A stretch of 63,567 nt of DNA, filler included, from Chiloscyllium plagiosum (Eukaryota): assembly GCF_004010195.1 (NCBI RefSeq). It is 4 parts of one record of this genome, joined end to end, with 100 filler letters (N's around TTAATTAATTAA, not from the genome) between each part and the next. Parts side by side here need not be neighbours in the genome. Positions count along the whole stretch, not along the records: positions 31,123 to 50,951 come from NC_057717.1; positions 51,052 to 61,486 come from NC_057717.1; 2 more parts are not named here. One strand, 5' to 3'. The stretch's first letter is position 1, and every line of letters starts with the position of its first letter. A program made the position numbers and the translations under genes. Below, piece by piece: positions 49,538-60,792 of the stretch. Below the pieces are notes generated by a model. It made no database searches. It saw only the letters and a program-made list of their open reading frames with translations, and was not told the DNA's origin.

Positions 49538-49615
49538 GCACCAGTGACGCGATCGGTGAGCGCCCGGTCCTTCTATGATGGTATAGAGGAGCTTGAAATG
49601 CTGGGGGTGGGGGTA
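49538..49615 (+). tRNA. tRNA-Ile(TAT)-derived pseudogene with intron; anticodon now TCT, 3' end lost
   Basis: GCACCAGTGACGCGATCGGTGAGCGCCCGGTCCTTCTA-~22 nt-ATGCTGGGGGTGGGGGT versus GCTCCAGTGGCGCAATCGGTTAGCGCGCGGTACTTATA-intron-ATGCCGAGGTTGTGAGT. Confidence 0.75.
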
Positions 49616-49698
49616 CTCTTGGTCAAAGACGGGGAGGAAGAGCACATTTGTCTCCATTTATTATATTATTAAGATTCAGCAGCAGCATAGACCCGCAC

Positions 49699-49770
49699 TG
49701 CGGATTGGTTCAGCGGAAGCCCGCTGGAGCCATAAGCGAGAGATTGATGTATTGAAAGCATCCTCTGAAG
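49699..49770 (+). tRNA. Initiator tRNA-Met(CAT) pseudogene
   Basis: TGCGGATTGGTTCAGCGGAAGCCCGCTGGAGCCATAAGCGAGAGATTGATGTATTGAAAGCATCCTCTGAAG aligns without gaps over 72 nt to iMet; followed by TTTT. Confidence 0.85.
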
Positions 49771-49949
49771 TTTTCCTGAACAAAGCGGTGTTTTGTTACA
49801 GTAAGAGCTGCTTTTGCCCGCATCGACTCCACATCAAACTCTTGCTCCCAGTAAACACTCCAATCCAACGTACATTGCTTTCATTTCGACACAGGCACAC
49901 ATCGTTTTCTCTTTCTCTCTGGGATAATCTGCAGGCACCCTGCTTCGAC

Positions 49950-50040
49950 GCCTGATGAAGGGCATTTGCCCGAAACGTCGATTTTCCTGCTCCTCGGATG
50001 CTGCCTGACCTGCTGTGCTTTTCCAACACCACTCTAATCC
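49950..50040 (+). mobile_element. Penelope terminal fragment with hammerhead-like motif
   Basis: CCTGATGAAGGGCATTTGCCCGAAACGTCGATTTTCCTGCTCCTCGGATGCTGCC. Confidence 0.8.
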
Positions 50041-50742
50041 AGTATCGTTCACTATGAGGAAGAATGTCAGGGACTGCAGGGATGTAGCAATCAGTTGGAA
50101 AGGGAAAACGGCAAATGGAATTAAATCCAGACGAATCAGTGGTAATAAATTGTGGGAGAGGCAATAATAGCAATAATCCATTGAGGATTCTGAATGGTGT
50201 ACAGGAACAAAGAGATCTTAGAGTGGACGTTCAATCTTAGAGTGGACATTCTCAGATCACTGAAGATCGTTGGACAGTGGGATCAGTATTTCGAGACGGT
50301 TTTTGGATATTTTATGTTGTTGATCACAGGAAGTACTAGAACTTTAGCAACCGCCAGTTCAGGGAACAATTAAAGGAATGAGCACAAGATTAGTCACTAC
50401 AATAATCAACATTTTTAAAAATTGAACGATAATAGATGAAGTGCTAAAATCGGCCACTTTGCCCTCCAGTCCGCTTCACCACTCAATGAGTTTATCACTG
50501 ATACCTCTCCAAGTCATGGTGGTATGTGCCTTGGAAGGTAACTTGAAAATGGTGGTTTTGATGCATCGTCCAAACTTGTCCTTATAGTTAGTACAGCGTT
50601 TGAGCTTTGAAGGTTCTGTCAATCTTTCCCCAGCTGATTCAGACAGCACTGTACTTCCTGTGACATGTCCCATCGAGAATGGAACAACAGGTATCAATAC
50701 CCGTACTTGGGAACAAAGCGAGAGCTTTAAAACATCTACACT

Positions 50743-50804
50743 GCCTCCAGCGGGCAATTGAGCTGTGCGGCAAGCGCGGATACGAACCACAATGCTAACA
50801 AGGA
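50743..50804 (-). tRNA. tRNA-Asp-derived pseudogene (anticodon now GCC, ~10-nt deletion)
   Basis: TCCTTGTTAGCATTGTGGTTCGTATCCGCGCTTGCCGCAC--AGCTCAATTGCCCGCTGGAGGC versus Asp-GTC. Confidence 0.72.
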
Positions 50805-51051
50805 GAGCAGCGTTGAAAGAGGGCATTCAGCCAATTGTGGCCACAGTTGTCAAAAGCAACTGCTTAACGAACTGAATCCCATTCCCAATTTACCCCATAG
50901 CCTTATATTATTGGCATCACAAATTCACATCTGAATAGTTCTTCAGGTTATNNNNNNNNNNNNNNNNNNNNNNNNNNNNNNNNNNNNNNNNNNNNTTAAT
51001 TAATTAANNNNNNNNNNNNNNNNNNNNNNNNNNNNNNNNNNNNNNNNNNNN

Positions 51052-51335
51052 CCAAGGATACTGGTGCCCCTTAGGTTCAGGTGTAGACCATCCTGTTTAT
51101 AGAGGTCCCACCTTCCCCAGAAAGAACCCCAGTTATCCAAATACCGGAATCCCTCCCTCCTGCACCATCCCTGTAGCCACGCATTTAACTGTTCTCTCTC
51201 CCTATTCCTCGACTCTCTATCACGTGGCACGAGTAACAAACCAGAGACAACAACTCTGTTCGTTCTAACTCTGAGCTTCCAACCTAGCTCCCTGAAAGCC
51301 TGCCTAACATCCTCAGCCCTCCTCCTACCTATGTC
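51052..51335 (-). mobile_element. CR1 ORF1 (SGNH esterase-like) fragment, cut by a gap
   Basis: LNAWLQGWCRREGFRYLDNWGSFWGRWDLYKQDGLHLN. Confidence 0.88.
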
Positions 51336-54089
51336 ATTACTGTATATATTTAAGAATATTCATTTTAACACAGATATTGTGAAGACATGAAACGCTTATT
51401 TTTTACATTATGCAAGCACATTTTAACACATCTTCAAAACAAGTATGACCATTTATTATTAATAAATTGATTCTACAATAACGCACTGACCTGGAGTCGA
51501 GAATGCGATGGAGTCATATAGTTCAGACAATGTTCAAGAAGAGCTCACAGAGTCCAGTATGGGACGGATAACGTTACTGATTTCACTTATAGATGGAAAA
51601 TGTAGCCTATCTGTGGAGGAACAGTCTATTGCTCCCTTTCTGTTTCCCTATCGCTCATCACAGCAATGAGTGGGAGTGAAAAAAAGCCCAGTCGGCTTTC
51701 CCACTAATGGAGGATTCCTGATGAGGATTCATTGGAATCTCCCCATTGCCTGAAGCAAAACAATTCAGCCAAATTCAACTGTTTCATGAAGAAATCCCAT
51801 TGCCAGAAGGCTGTGCAAGCAGAATAACTACAGAATTAATTATCCGACTCGATAGTGAGGGGAACAGACAGGAGATTCTGTGGTTGCAAATGGTGTGTAG
51901 CCTCGCACATGCCAGGGTCCAGGATGTCTCAGAGCGGCTGCAGAAAGTTCTCACCAGTGGTGCGGGTGGGGGTGGGGGACGCGGCAGGAAGCAGCGAGAA
52001 GTCATTTTGCACATTGGTACAAAGAACAGAGTGACACAGGTAGAAATCGTGATGACATCCGACATAGTGATTGTAGAGAGCTAGGGAAAAGGATAAAATA
52101 AAGGACCATGACAGTGGTAATATTCAGTTTACTTCCACTGCTCCGTGCTAGTGAGAGTAAGAACAGGAGAATATGGCAGATGAAGGGGTGGCTAAAGAAT
52201 TGGTGCAGGGGGCAGAGATTTTTGGATTACTGGGATCTTTTGTGGGGCAAGGTGACGTGTTCAGGAAGGACGAGTTGTACCTGAACTGGAAGGGGACCAA
52301 TATCCTGGCAGGCAGGTTTGCTACTGGGGCAAGGGAGGGTTCAACTAGATTGGCTGGGGTTGGGGAGGGGTGGGATCCTCAACAGCTGGGAGGCAAGTGC
52401 GAGGCTGGAAGGAGATACAGTAATCAGAAACAGTAAAATGAAGAGACAAGTCAGGCTAGACAACGACAGGGAGCAAAGAATGCCTGTTGGATTAAATTGC
52501 AACTGTTTCAATGCAAGATGGCTGACAGGTAAGGCCAATGAACTCAGTGCATGGATTGGTGGGTGGGACTGGGATATTATAGCCATTACTGAAACATGGC
52601 TAAGGGAGGGACAGCACTGGTAGCTTAATGTACCAGGGTACAGGTGTTTTATGCGGGACAGAGATGGTGGAAAGAGGGGACCATGAGTTTCATTTTTGAT
52701 TAAGGCGAATATCACAGCAGTAATCAGAGATAAAATAACTGACGGATCATCCTGTGAGGATTTGTCTGGGGAGCTAAGAAATAAGAAGGGAATGGTGATA
52801 GTATTTGGATTGTACTATAGGTCCCCCAAATAATAAATGAGGAATTAAGGGAACAAAAATATGTAGACAGACTGGGGAGACTTGCAGGGCCAATAGGATT
52901 GCATTAGTAGGAGATTTTAATTTTCCTAACATGACATAGAATTAAGGACGGAGATGGGGTGTATTTATTAAGTGTGTTCAGAATAGCTTCCTCAAACAGT
53001 AAGTAGAGGGTGCAACTCAGGACGGGACGAAACTTGACCTACTCTAAGATCTAGGGCAGGACAGGTGACTGAGGTGACAGTGGGGGAGCACTCTGGGACC
53101 AGTGACCATAGCTCGATTAATTTTTAAATAGTTATGGAGAAGGACAAAACTGCTCCACATGTTCAAGTTCAAACTTGGGGCAAGGTGAATTTTGGTGGAA
53201 TTAGACAGGAGCTTGGAGGGGTTGGTTGGAGGCGTTTGTTTGGAGGTGAAGGGACCTCCTGCAAGTTGAAGGACTTTAAAAGTGAAATGTCTACAGTTCA
53301 AGGTCTATATGTTCCTGAGAGGGTAAAAGGCAAGGTTGGTAGGAAGAGGGAACCTCCGATGTCAGGAGATATTGAAGCTTTGACCAGCAAAAAGGAGGCG
53401 TGGCTCAGGTTCAGGCAACTGGAATCGAGGGAATACCTGGAGGTATACAGGGGATACAGTAGTTTACTAAAGGAGGAAATCAGGAGGGCGAAAGGGGGGC
53501 ACAAGATTGCTTTGGCTGAGAAGATTAGGGTGAATTCAAAGAGTTTCTTTAAGTATATTAAAGTAAAAAGAATAACGAAATGAGAATATGACCCCTCAAA
53601 GTCCAAAGTGGGCATGCATGTCTAGAACCGTAGGAGATTTGTGAGATTCTCAATGAATATTTCTCGTCTGCCTTTACCGTGGAGAAAAACATGAAGACTA
53701 GGGAGGTTAACAAAGGTAGTAGCGTTATCTTGGGGTGAGTCAATATCACAGGAGAAGACGTGTTGGATGCATTAGAATGTATGAAGGTGAATACATCTCC
53801 TGGTCCTAAACAGATGCATCCAAGAACACTGCGAGAGACTACAGAAGAAACTACGGGGACCCTGGCTGATATTTTTGCATCATCGTTAGCTACTGTTTAA
53901 GTTCCAGAATATTAGAGATTAGCAAATGTTGTGCCATTATTCAAGAAGGGAATCAAAGAAAAATCTGGGATCTATAGACTCGGAAACCTAACATCTGTGG
54001 TCGGTAGGTTACTTGAGAAGTCTCTGAGGGATGTGATACACTTGCATTTGGAAAGATAAGGTTTGTTTAGAAATAGTTTTTTTTTGACA

Positions 54090-54366
54090 AGATTCAGTAT
54101 GGAAACAGTCTATTTGGCCCAACAAGACCACACCTGTATTTACCCCTGATGAATGCACATAACACGATGGGTAACTTAGCATGGCCAATTCACCTCACCT
54201 ATACATGTTTGAATTGTGGAAGGAAAATGGTGCACCCAGAGGAAACCCACACAAACACAGTGAGAATGTGCAAACTCCACACAGAGAGTCACCCGAAGCT
54301 GGAAACAAACCTGGATCCATGGCACTATGAGGCAGCAGTACTAGCCATGAACCACCATGCCACCCT
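54090..54366 (-). mobile_element. HE1-related SINE
   Basis: TTAGCATGGCCAATTCACCT...AGAATGTGCAAACTCCACACAG. Confidence 0.85.
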
Positions 54367-55420
54367 TGCTTTTTTCAACACAATTCAATGACACAGGGAC
54401 AAAATCTATTTTGACTTTCATCCATGATGCACGTTCCAATATCACATACCATGGATGATTTATTATCCATCTTATTATTATTTATTAGTTTGTTATTATT
54501 AATTTTAATAATTACTATTAATAGTTGTTTTTAGACTGGAAAGATTGCATGGCTTTGTGAGTGGGAGATCATGCCTCTCAAATTTGTTTGAATTCATTGA
54601 TGAAATAACCAGAAATGTTGATGAGGGTAGGGCGGTAGATGTAGTCTGTATAGTTTTCAGAAAGGCCTTTGACAAGGTTACCATTGAAAGGCTGGTCTGG
54701 AAGGTTAGAATCGCATGAAATCCAGAGGGAGCTGGCAAATTGGACACACAATTGCCTTCATGGTAGTAAGCAATGGGTACTAGTGGAAGGATGCTCTCGG
54801 ACTGGAGGCCTGTGACACCTGAAGTGCCTCAGGGGTCGCTGCTGGGCCCATTGCTGTTTGTTATCTGTAACAATGATATTCTGGCGAATGTACAAGGCAT
54901 GATTAGGAAACTTGAAGATGACACTAAAATAGGTGGTATCGCGGACTGTGAGGAAGTATATCAGAAATTGCAGCAGGGCCTCGATCAAACTGAAGAAGTG
55001 GGCTGAGGAATATTTTGGCAAGGTTAGATCAAGGTAGGAGATTCATGGTTATTGGTAGGACTTTAAGGAGTGTAGTTGAGCAGAGGGACCATGGAGTTTA
55101 GGTCCACCATTCTCTGAAAGTGGGGTCATAGTTAGACATGGTAGTGAAGAAGGTTTTTGCCACACGAGCAAGCATCAGTCAGGACATGGAGGCAAGCAGT
55201 TGGGAAGTTATGTTGCAGTTATACAGGAAGTTAGTGAGGCTGCACTTGTAGTGCTGTGTTCAGTTTTAGTCACATTGCGATCGGAAGGATATTTTTTAAT
55301 TTGGAATGTATGCAGAGCGAATTTACAAAAATGTTGCCAGAACTCAACAGTATGAATTATAGGGAGAGGTTGGACAAGCGAGGACTTTTTTCTTTAGAGA
55401 ATAGAAGACTGAGAGGGATC

Positions 55421-55741
55421 TTTTTTCATTAGATTAGATTACTTACAGTGTGGAAACAGGCCCTTCGGCCCAACAAGTCCACACCGCCCCGCCGAAGCGC
55501 AACCCACCCATACCCCTACATTTACCCCTATACCTAACACTACGGGCAATTTAGCATGGCCAATTCACCTGACCTGCACATCTTTGGGCTGTGGGAGGAA
55601 ACCGGAGCACCCGGAGGAAACCCACGCAGACACGGGGAGAATGTGCAAACTCCACACAGACAGTCACCTGAGGCGGGAATTGAACCCAGGTCTCTGGCGC
55701 TGTGAGGCAGCAGTGCTAACCACTGTGCCACCGTGCCGCCC
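55421..55741 (-). mobile_element. HE1-like SINE, full length, young
   Basis: Intact tRNA-like head and (TTAGA)n tail; ATCTT on both flanks. Confidence 0.92.
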
Positions 55742-56251
55742 AAATCTTATTGAAGTTTACATGGATAGGGTAAATGGATCCAGCTTTTTTTTTCCCTAGA
55801 GTTGGGGAATCGAGGAGGAGAGGGCATTAGTTTAAGGTGAGAGGGGAAAGAATAAAAGGGAAACTGGTGGAAACTGCTTGACACAGAGAGTAGTACACAA
55901 AGGGGATGAGCTGCCAACGGAAGTGGTTGAAGCATTTGTATTAACGATATTTATTAACGATATTTAATGGGCATTTGGGCAAGTACATGGACAGGAAAGG
56001 ACGAGAATGCTATGGGCCAAGTGCTGGGAAATGAGGTTAGTGTGGTTGGATATTTGGGTCAGCATGGACGAGTTTGGGCCAAAGGGCCTCTCTGCCTCAC
56101 TCCATGCTGTAGGACTTGATGACTACAAATAGAACAGCATTTGGGTCAAACTCTCATTTTTCCTTTGGTCATGAGTTCGAATCATATTTGGATAATGTTC
56201 TTTCAAGTTAACTTTGCAGATATTTTGCTTTTCAGTTTGTTATCGACAATA

Positions 56252-56322
56252 TGTGTGTGTGTCTGTGTGTGTGTGTGCCTGTGTATGTATGTGTGTGCGT
56301 GTGCGTGCATGTGAGTGTGCGT
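56252..56322. repeat. Imperfect (TG)n microsatellite
   Basis: Seen directly. Confidence 0.9.
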
Positions 56323-56559
56323 TTCTCAGTATTTTTCAAAGGGAAATATCAATGTACGTATTTGCATTATCTGCTCGTCATTCCTCTTTCCATCATAGTT
56401 TGAGCAACTTTGTTTTTTCATAAACGTGTTGGTTTAGTAGATTAAAGAAATCTGCCTGACTTGTTCCTAACACTGACTCTGACACACTCTGAGAACTATA
56501 TCATTTGGCCATATCACCAACCTACTTGTATTTTTTTTGTAGCCACTGGAAGCTTGGGG

Positions 56560-58040
56560 CTAGAAAAGGGAGCAATAAGCCAAAAAACACAGGGAATTAT
56601 CGACTCAATCAGCCAACGTCAGTGTCGAGGAGGTCGTTGGATGGGATTCTGAGGGATAGGATTTACATGTATCTAGAAAGACAAAGAGTGATTAGGGGTA
56701 GTCAAAATGGATTTGTGTGATGGAAATCATGTCTAATTAATGCGAATGAGTATTATGAAGAGGTGGCAAAGAAGATTGAGGAAGACACTGGTGTACACTG
56801 TTTACACAGACTTGAGCAAGGCATTTAATAAGGTTCCCCATCGTAGACAGATTACTAAAATTAGGTTATATGTAATCTAGGAAAAGCTAACCAATTGGAT
56901 ACAAAATTGGATTGAAGGTAATAGAATGTTTTCTAGACTGAAGACCTGTGGCCAGCGGTGTGCTGAAAGAATCAGTGCTGAGCTCACTGCTTTTCATCAA
57001 GGCTATAAACAACTTTGATGCGATTATCGGAGGCATGGTTAGTAAGTTTACAGATAACATCACCAAATTGGTGCAGTGGACAGTGAAGAAGATTATCACA
57101 GAATATAAAGGGATCCTTGACCATCAATAAACCAAAGACTGGCAGATGGAGTTTAATTATATATTTGTGAGGTTTTGCATTTTGGTAAGTTAAAGCGGGG
57201 TAGTGCCCTGGGGAATGTTGATGAACAAAGAGACTTACGGGCGAAGATTCATAGTTCCTTGAAAGTGGAGTTAATTATATATTTGTGAGGTTTTGCATTT
57301 TGGTAAGTTAAAGCGGGGTAGTGCCCTGGGGAATGTTGATGAACAAAGAGACCTACGGGCGAAGATTCATAGTTCCTTGAAAGTGGAGTTTAGGTCGGTA
57401 GAGTGCTGAGGAACGTGGTTGGCATGCTTGCCTTAATTGGTCAGAACATTGAGTACAGGAGTTGGGATAGCATGTTGCGCTTGTACAGGACGTATGTGAG
57501 GCCACTTTAAGAATACTGCATACATGTCAGTTGACTCTGCTAAAGGATGGATGTTGTTAAGCTTGAAAGGCTTCATAAAAGGTTTATGAGATTTTCTGGA
57601 ACCTGAGGGTTTGAGCTACAGGGAGATGATGAACAGGATGGGGCTTTTTCCCCTGGCCTGTCAGACGCTGAATGGTGACATGATAGAGTTTAGAAAAGTC
57701 CTGAGGGGCAGGGATAGTCTGAATGGGCAAGATCTTTTTCCCAGTGTAGGGGCGTCCAGAACTAGATGGCATAGGGTAAAGGTGACAGGGCAAAGACTTA
57801 GAAGGGACCTGAGGGGAAACTTTTTTATACAGAGGCTGGTGGGTGTACTGTCAGAGGAAGTGGTGAAAGTGGGTACAATTACAAGTTTAAACTGTATCTG
57901 GTACATCTGGTATCTGTAAAAGGTACATAAGTAGGAATGGTTCACATGGATGTGGCAAGTGGGACGAGATCTGATTAAGATGCTTGATTGGCGTGGACAA
58001 TTTTGACAAAAGGATCTGTTTCCACTCTGTATGACTCTCT
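56560..58040 (+). mobile_element. CR1 RT/3' fragment
   Basis: GILRDRIYMYLERQRVIRGSQNGFV; SGVLKESVLSSLLF...SKFTD. Confidence 0.85.
57147..57390. repeat. Tandem duplication of 119/118 bp inside a CR1
   Basis: Units start at 57147 and 57266; TGGAGTT at all three junctions. Confidence 0.95.
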
Positions 58041-58809
58041 TATTCTCACAGCGATATGAGGAAAAATTCTAAAAGGGCCATTCGAATGGGAATTCTCTTC
58101 GCCAAGTTTGTGGTGCTTCTCTAATTACAAGTATTCACAGCTGAGTCAGTTAAAGATTTGACAGAGAAGTGAGTCACGGATAATGGGACACAGACAGAAC
58201 GATGAGGCTGAGACCACAATCTGATCAGCCACAATCTTAATGTCTGGTGGAGAAGGCTCAAATTCTGTAATGACCCACTCCTGCTCCTCAGTCCCATGTT
58301 TCTGTGTCCCATTCAACCCCTCTATCCTGCTAGATAGGAGCAGTTGGAGTCCACTTACTGTTATAGCATGGTGCACAGAAACAGAGGAGACCATTTCGTC
58401 CCTCAAAACTGTCCCACACGGTTTGGGACATTTGGAAAATGTAATTGGAAGGCCCAGGTTGGGTATGAAAGACGTCGCTCATCTCTTTTTACAGAGCTCC
58501 CCCTCTCTGTAACTTGTGCTTCATTTGTTGATCATCTTTGTGAATATCAAATATCATCCAGCAATGGCTCATAAAATCCGTTGGTCTCCCTGATTGCAAC
58601 ATTCCATAAAAGACCTTCCAGGAAAATAACACCTACTAACTTTCCAATAACGGAATGGGAGAGCATCAGGAACAGAGGCAGGTCATTCCCATCCCAAGCC
58701 TGCCTTGCCCTTCACTAAGATCAAGGCTGACCTGCTCCAAGTCTCAAATCTTCCTCAATGTCCAAGTCTTCTTGAGCACTTCCATAGAACACAGAACAAA
58801 GAACAGGAC

Positions 58810-59285
58810 TGATTTGGAGATGTTGGTGTTGGACTGGGGTGTACAAAGTTAAAAATCACACAAAACCAGGTTATATTCAACAGGTTTAATTGAAAGCACA
58901 CTAGCTCTCGGAGCGGCGCTCCTTCATCAGGTGATAGTGGAGTGCTCACGCCTAACACAGAATTTATAGCAAAAATTTACAGTGTGATTTAATTGAAATT
59001 ATACAATGAAAAATTGATTGTCCGTTAAGCCTTTCATCTGTTAGGATATTATGATAGTTTCACTTCTTTCATATGTAAATCACAAAACCTTTTTTTTAAA
59101 GTTGCATTCCCAGGTTAGCTGTTTACAATTGTGATAGCCAGACAATATGTTGAAGGTGTTGGCCCCCATGTTCTCTGCCTATGCCATGATGTTTAGCTTG
59201 ATTCTAATCTAAAAAGCGAGATAACCGAGTTTTACATGAATTAATGCAGTTTTTGAGCTCAGAGTTCTACATGAATGCATGCAGT
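58810..59285 (-). mobile_element. Terminal fragment of a second Penelope-like family
   Basis: Minus strand CACCTGATGAAGGAGCGCCGCTCCGAGAGCTAGTG followed by a conserved-looking terminus; family assignment is inferred. Confidence 0.65.
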
Positions 59286-60205
59286 TAGGACCTTCAGCCC
59301 TCGATGTTGTGCCGTTTATCCTACTCTAAGATCAGACTAACCTACATGCTTCTGTTCACTTTGTTCCATGTGCCTATCCAAGAGTCTCTTAAATTTCCCT
59401 CACGTATTTGACTCTACTACCATCGCTGGCAGTGCATTCAACACACCTACCACTCTCTGAGTAAAGAATCTACCTCTGATATCTCCCCTAAAGCTTCCTC
59501 CAATTACCTTAAAACTATGTCACCTAGTGACAGACATTTCTGCCCTGGGAAAATGTTTCTGGCTATTCACTTTCTATGCCTCTCATCATCTTGTACACAT
59601 CCAGTGAGAAAAGCCCTCGCTTCCTCATGGTTTCTTCATAAGACCTGACCTCCAGTCCAGGCAGCATCCTGGTAAATCTCCTCTTTACCCTCACTAAAGC
59701 TTCCTTGTCCTTCCTATAATAAGGGTCCAGAACTGAACACAATATTCCCTGTCCGGTCTGAGCAGGGCTCTATCGAGCTGCAGCATAACCTCGCAGCTCT
59801 TAAACTCAATCCCCCTGCAACTGATAACCAACACACCATACGCCTTCTTAACAACCCGATCAACTTGGGTAGCAACTTTGAGGGATTTGTGGACACGGAC
59901 CCCAAGATCCCTCTGTTCCTCCACACTGCCAAGTATCCTGCCTTTTACCATGTGTTCAGCATTCACATTCGAGCTTGCAAGGTGAATCACTTCAGTTTGA
60001 ACTCCATCTGCCACTTCTCAGCGCAGCTCTGCATCCTGTCAATGTCCCGTTGCAACCTACAATAGCCCTCCAGATTCTGTACCACTCCAACCACCTTTGT
60101 ATCATCGGCAGACTTACTAGCCCACTCTCCAACACCCATATCCAAGTCATTTATAAAAGTAACAAAGAGCAGAGGTCCCAGGACTGATCCCTGTGGGACA
60201 CCACT
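59285..60205 (-). mobile_element. CR1 RT/3' fragment
   Basis: SGVPQGSVLGPLLFVTFINDLD...SADDTK...WQMEF. Confidence 0.9.
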
Positions 60206-60639
60206 GGTCCTTCTCAGTGATCTAGCTCCCCTAACTCTCTGCGTAAGAGAATTCCTGACATTTACTACCCTCTGTTTGAGGAAAGTGTTCTCTGCTTCTG
60301 CACCATGACCTATTGATATGAACAAAAGAGGGAACACAGGGGCTCAGGTAAGAGAAACTGACCCTGAACTCAAGGCAGTATTTAACTGAGGATGACATCT
60401 AGGAGCCTGAACAAAATCACACTTTATGAGAATTAATTGTGACCTCTCCAGTGTTTGGAGTCATTCATGACACAAGGGAAGATGATTATTATCGGTGGGC
60501 ATCAATCACCTCGGCCGTGGGTCACATCTGCAGGAGATCCTCAGCGTAGCTTCCTCAGCCCAGGCATCTCCAGTTTGTCATTATAGAATCCCTACAATGC
60601 GGAAGGAGGCTATTCAACTCATTGAGTCCTAATTGAGCA

Positions 60640-60792
60640 GATTGGATTTCCTACAGTGTGGAAACAGGCCCTTCGGCCCAACCAGTTCACACCGACCCTC
60701 CGAAGAGTAACCCACACAGACAAATTTCTCTCTGACTAATTCACCTAACATAATGGACACTTTAGCATGGCCAATTCACCTGACCTGCACAT
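60640..60792 (-). mobile_element. HE1-related SINE 3' half
   Basis: ACAGTGTGGAAACAGGCCCTTCGGCCCAAC...TTAGCATGGCCAATTCACCTGACCTGCACATC. Confidence 0.8.

Larger units (their letters stand above)
51838..56121 (+). mobile_element. Decayed CR1 LINE (ORF1 end plus ORF2), about 4.3 kb including two SINE insertions
   Basis: VILHIGT, FRKDELYLNWKG, CFNAR...WDIIAITETWL, VPQGSLLGPLLF, LEDDTKIGG; flanks rejoin as seen in paralog 28690-28830. Confidence 0.9.
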
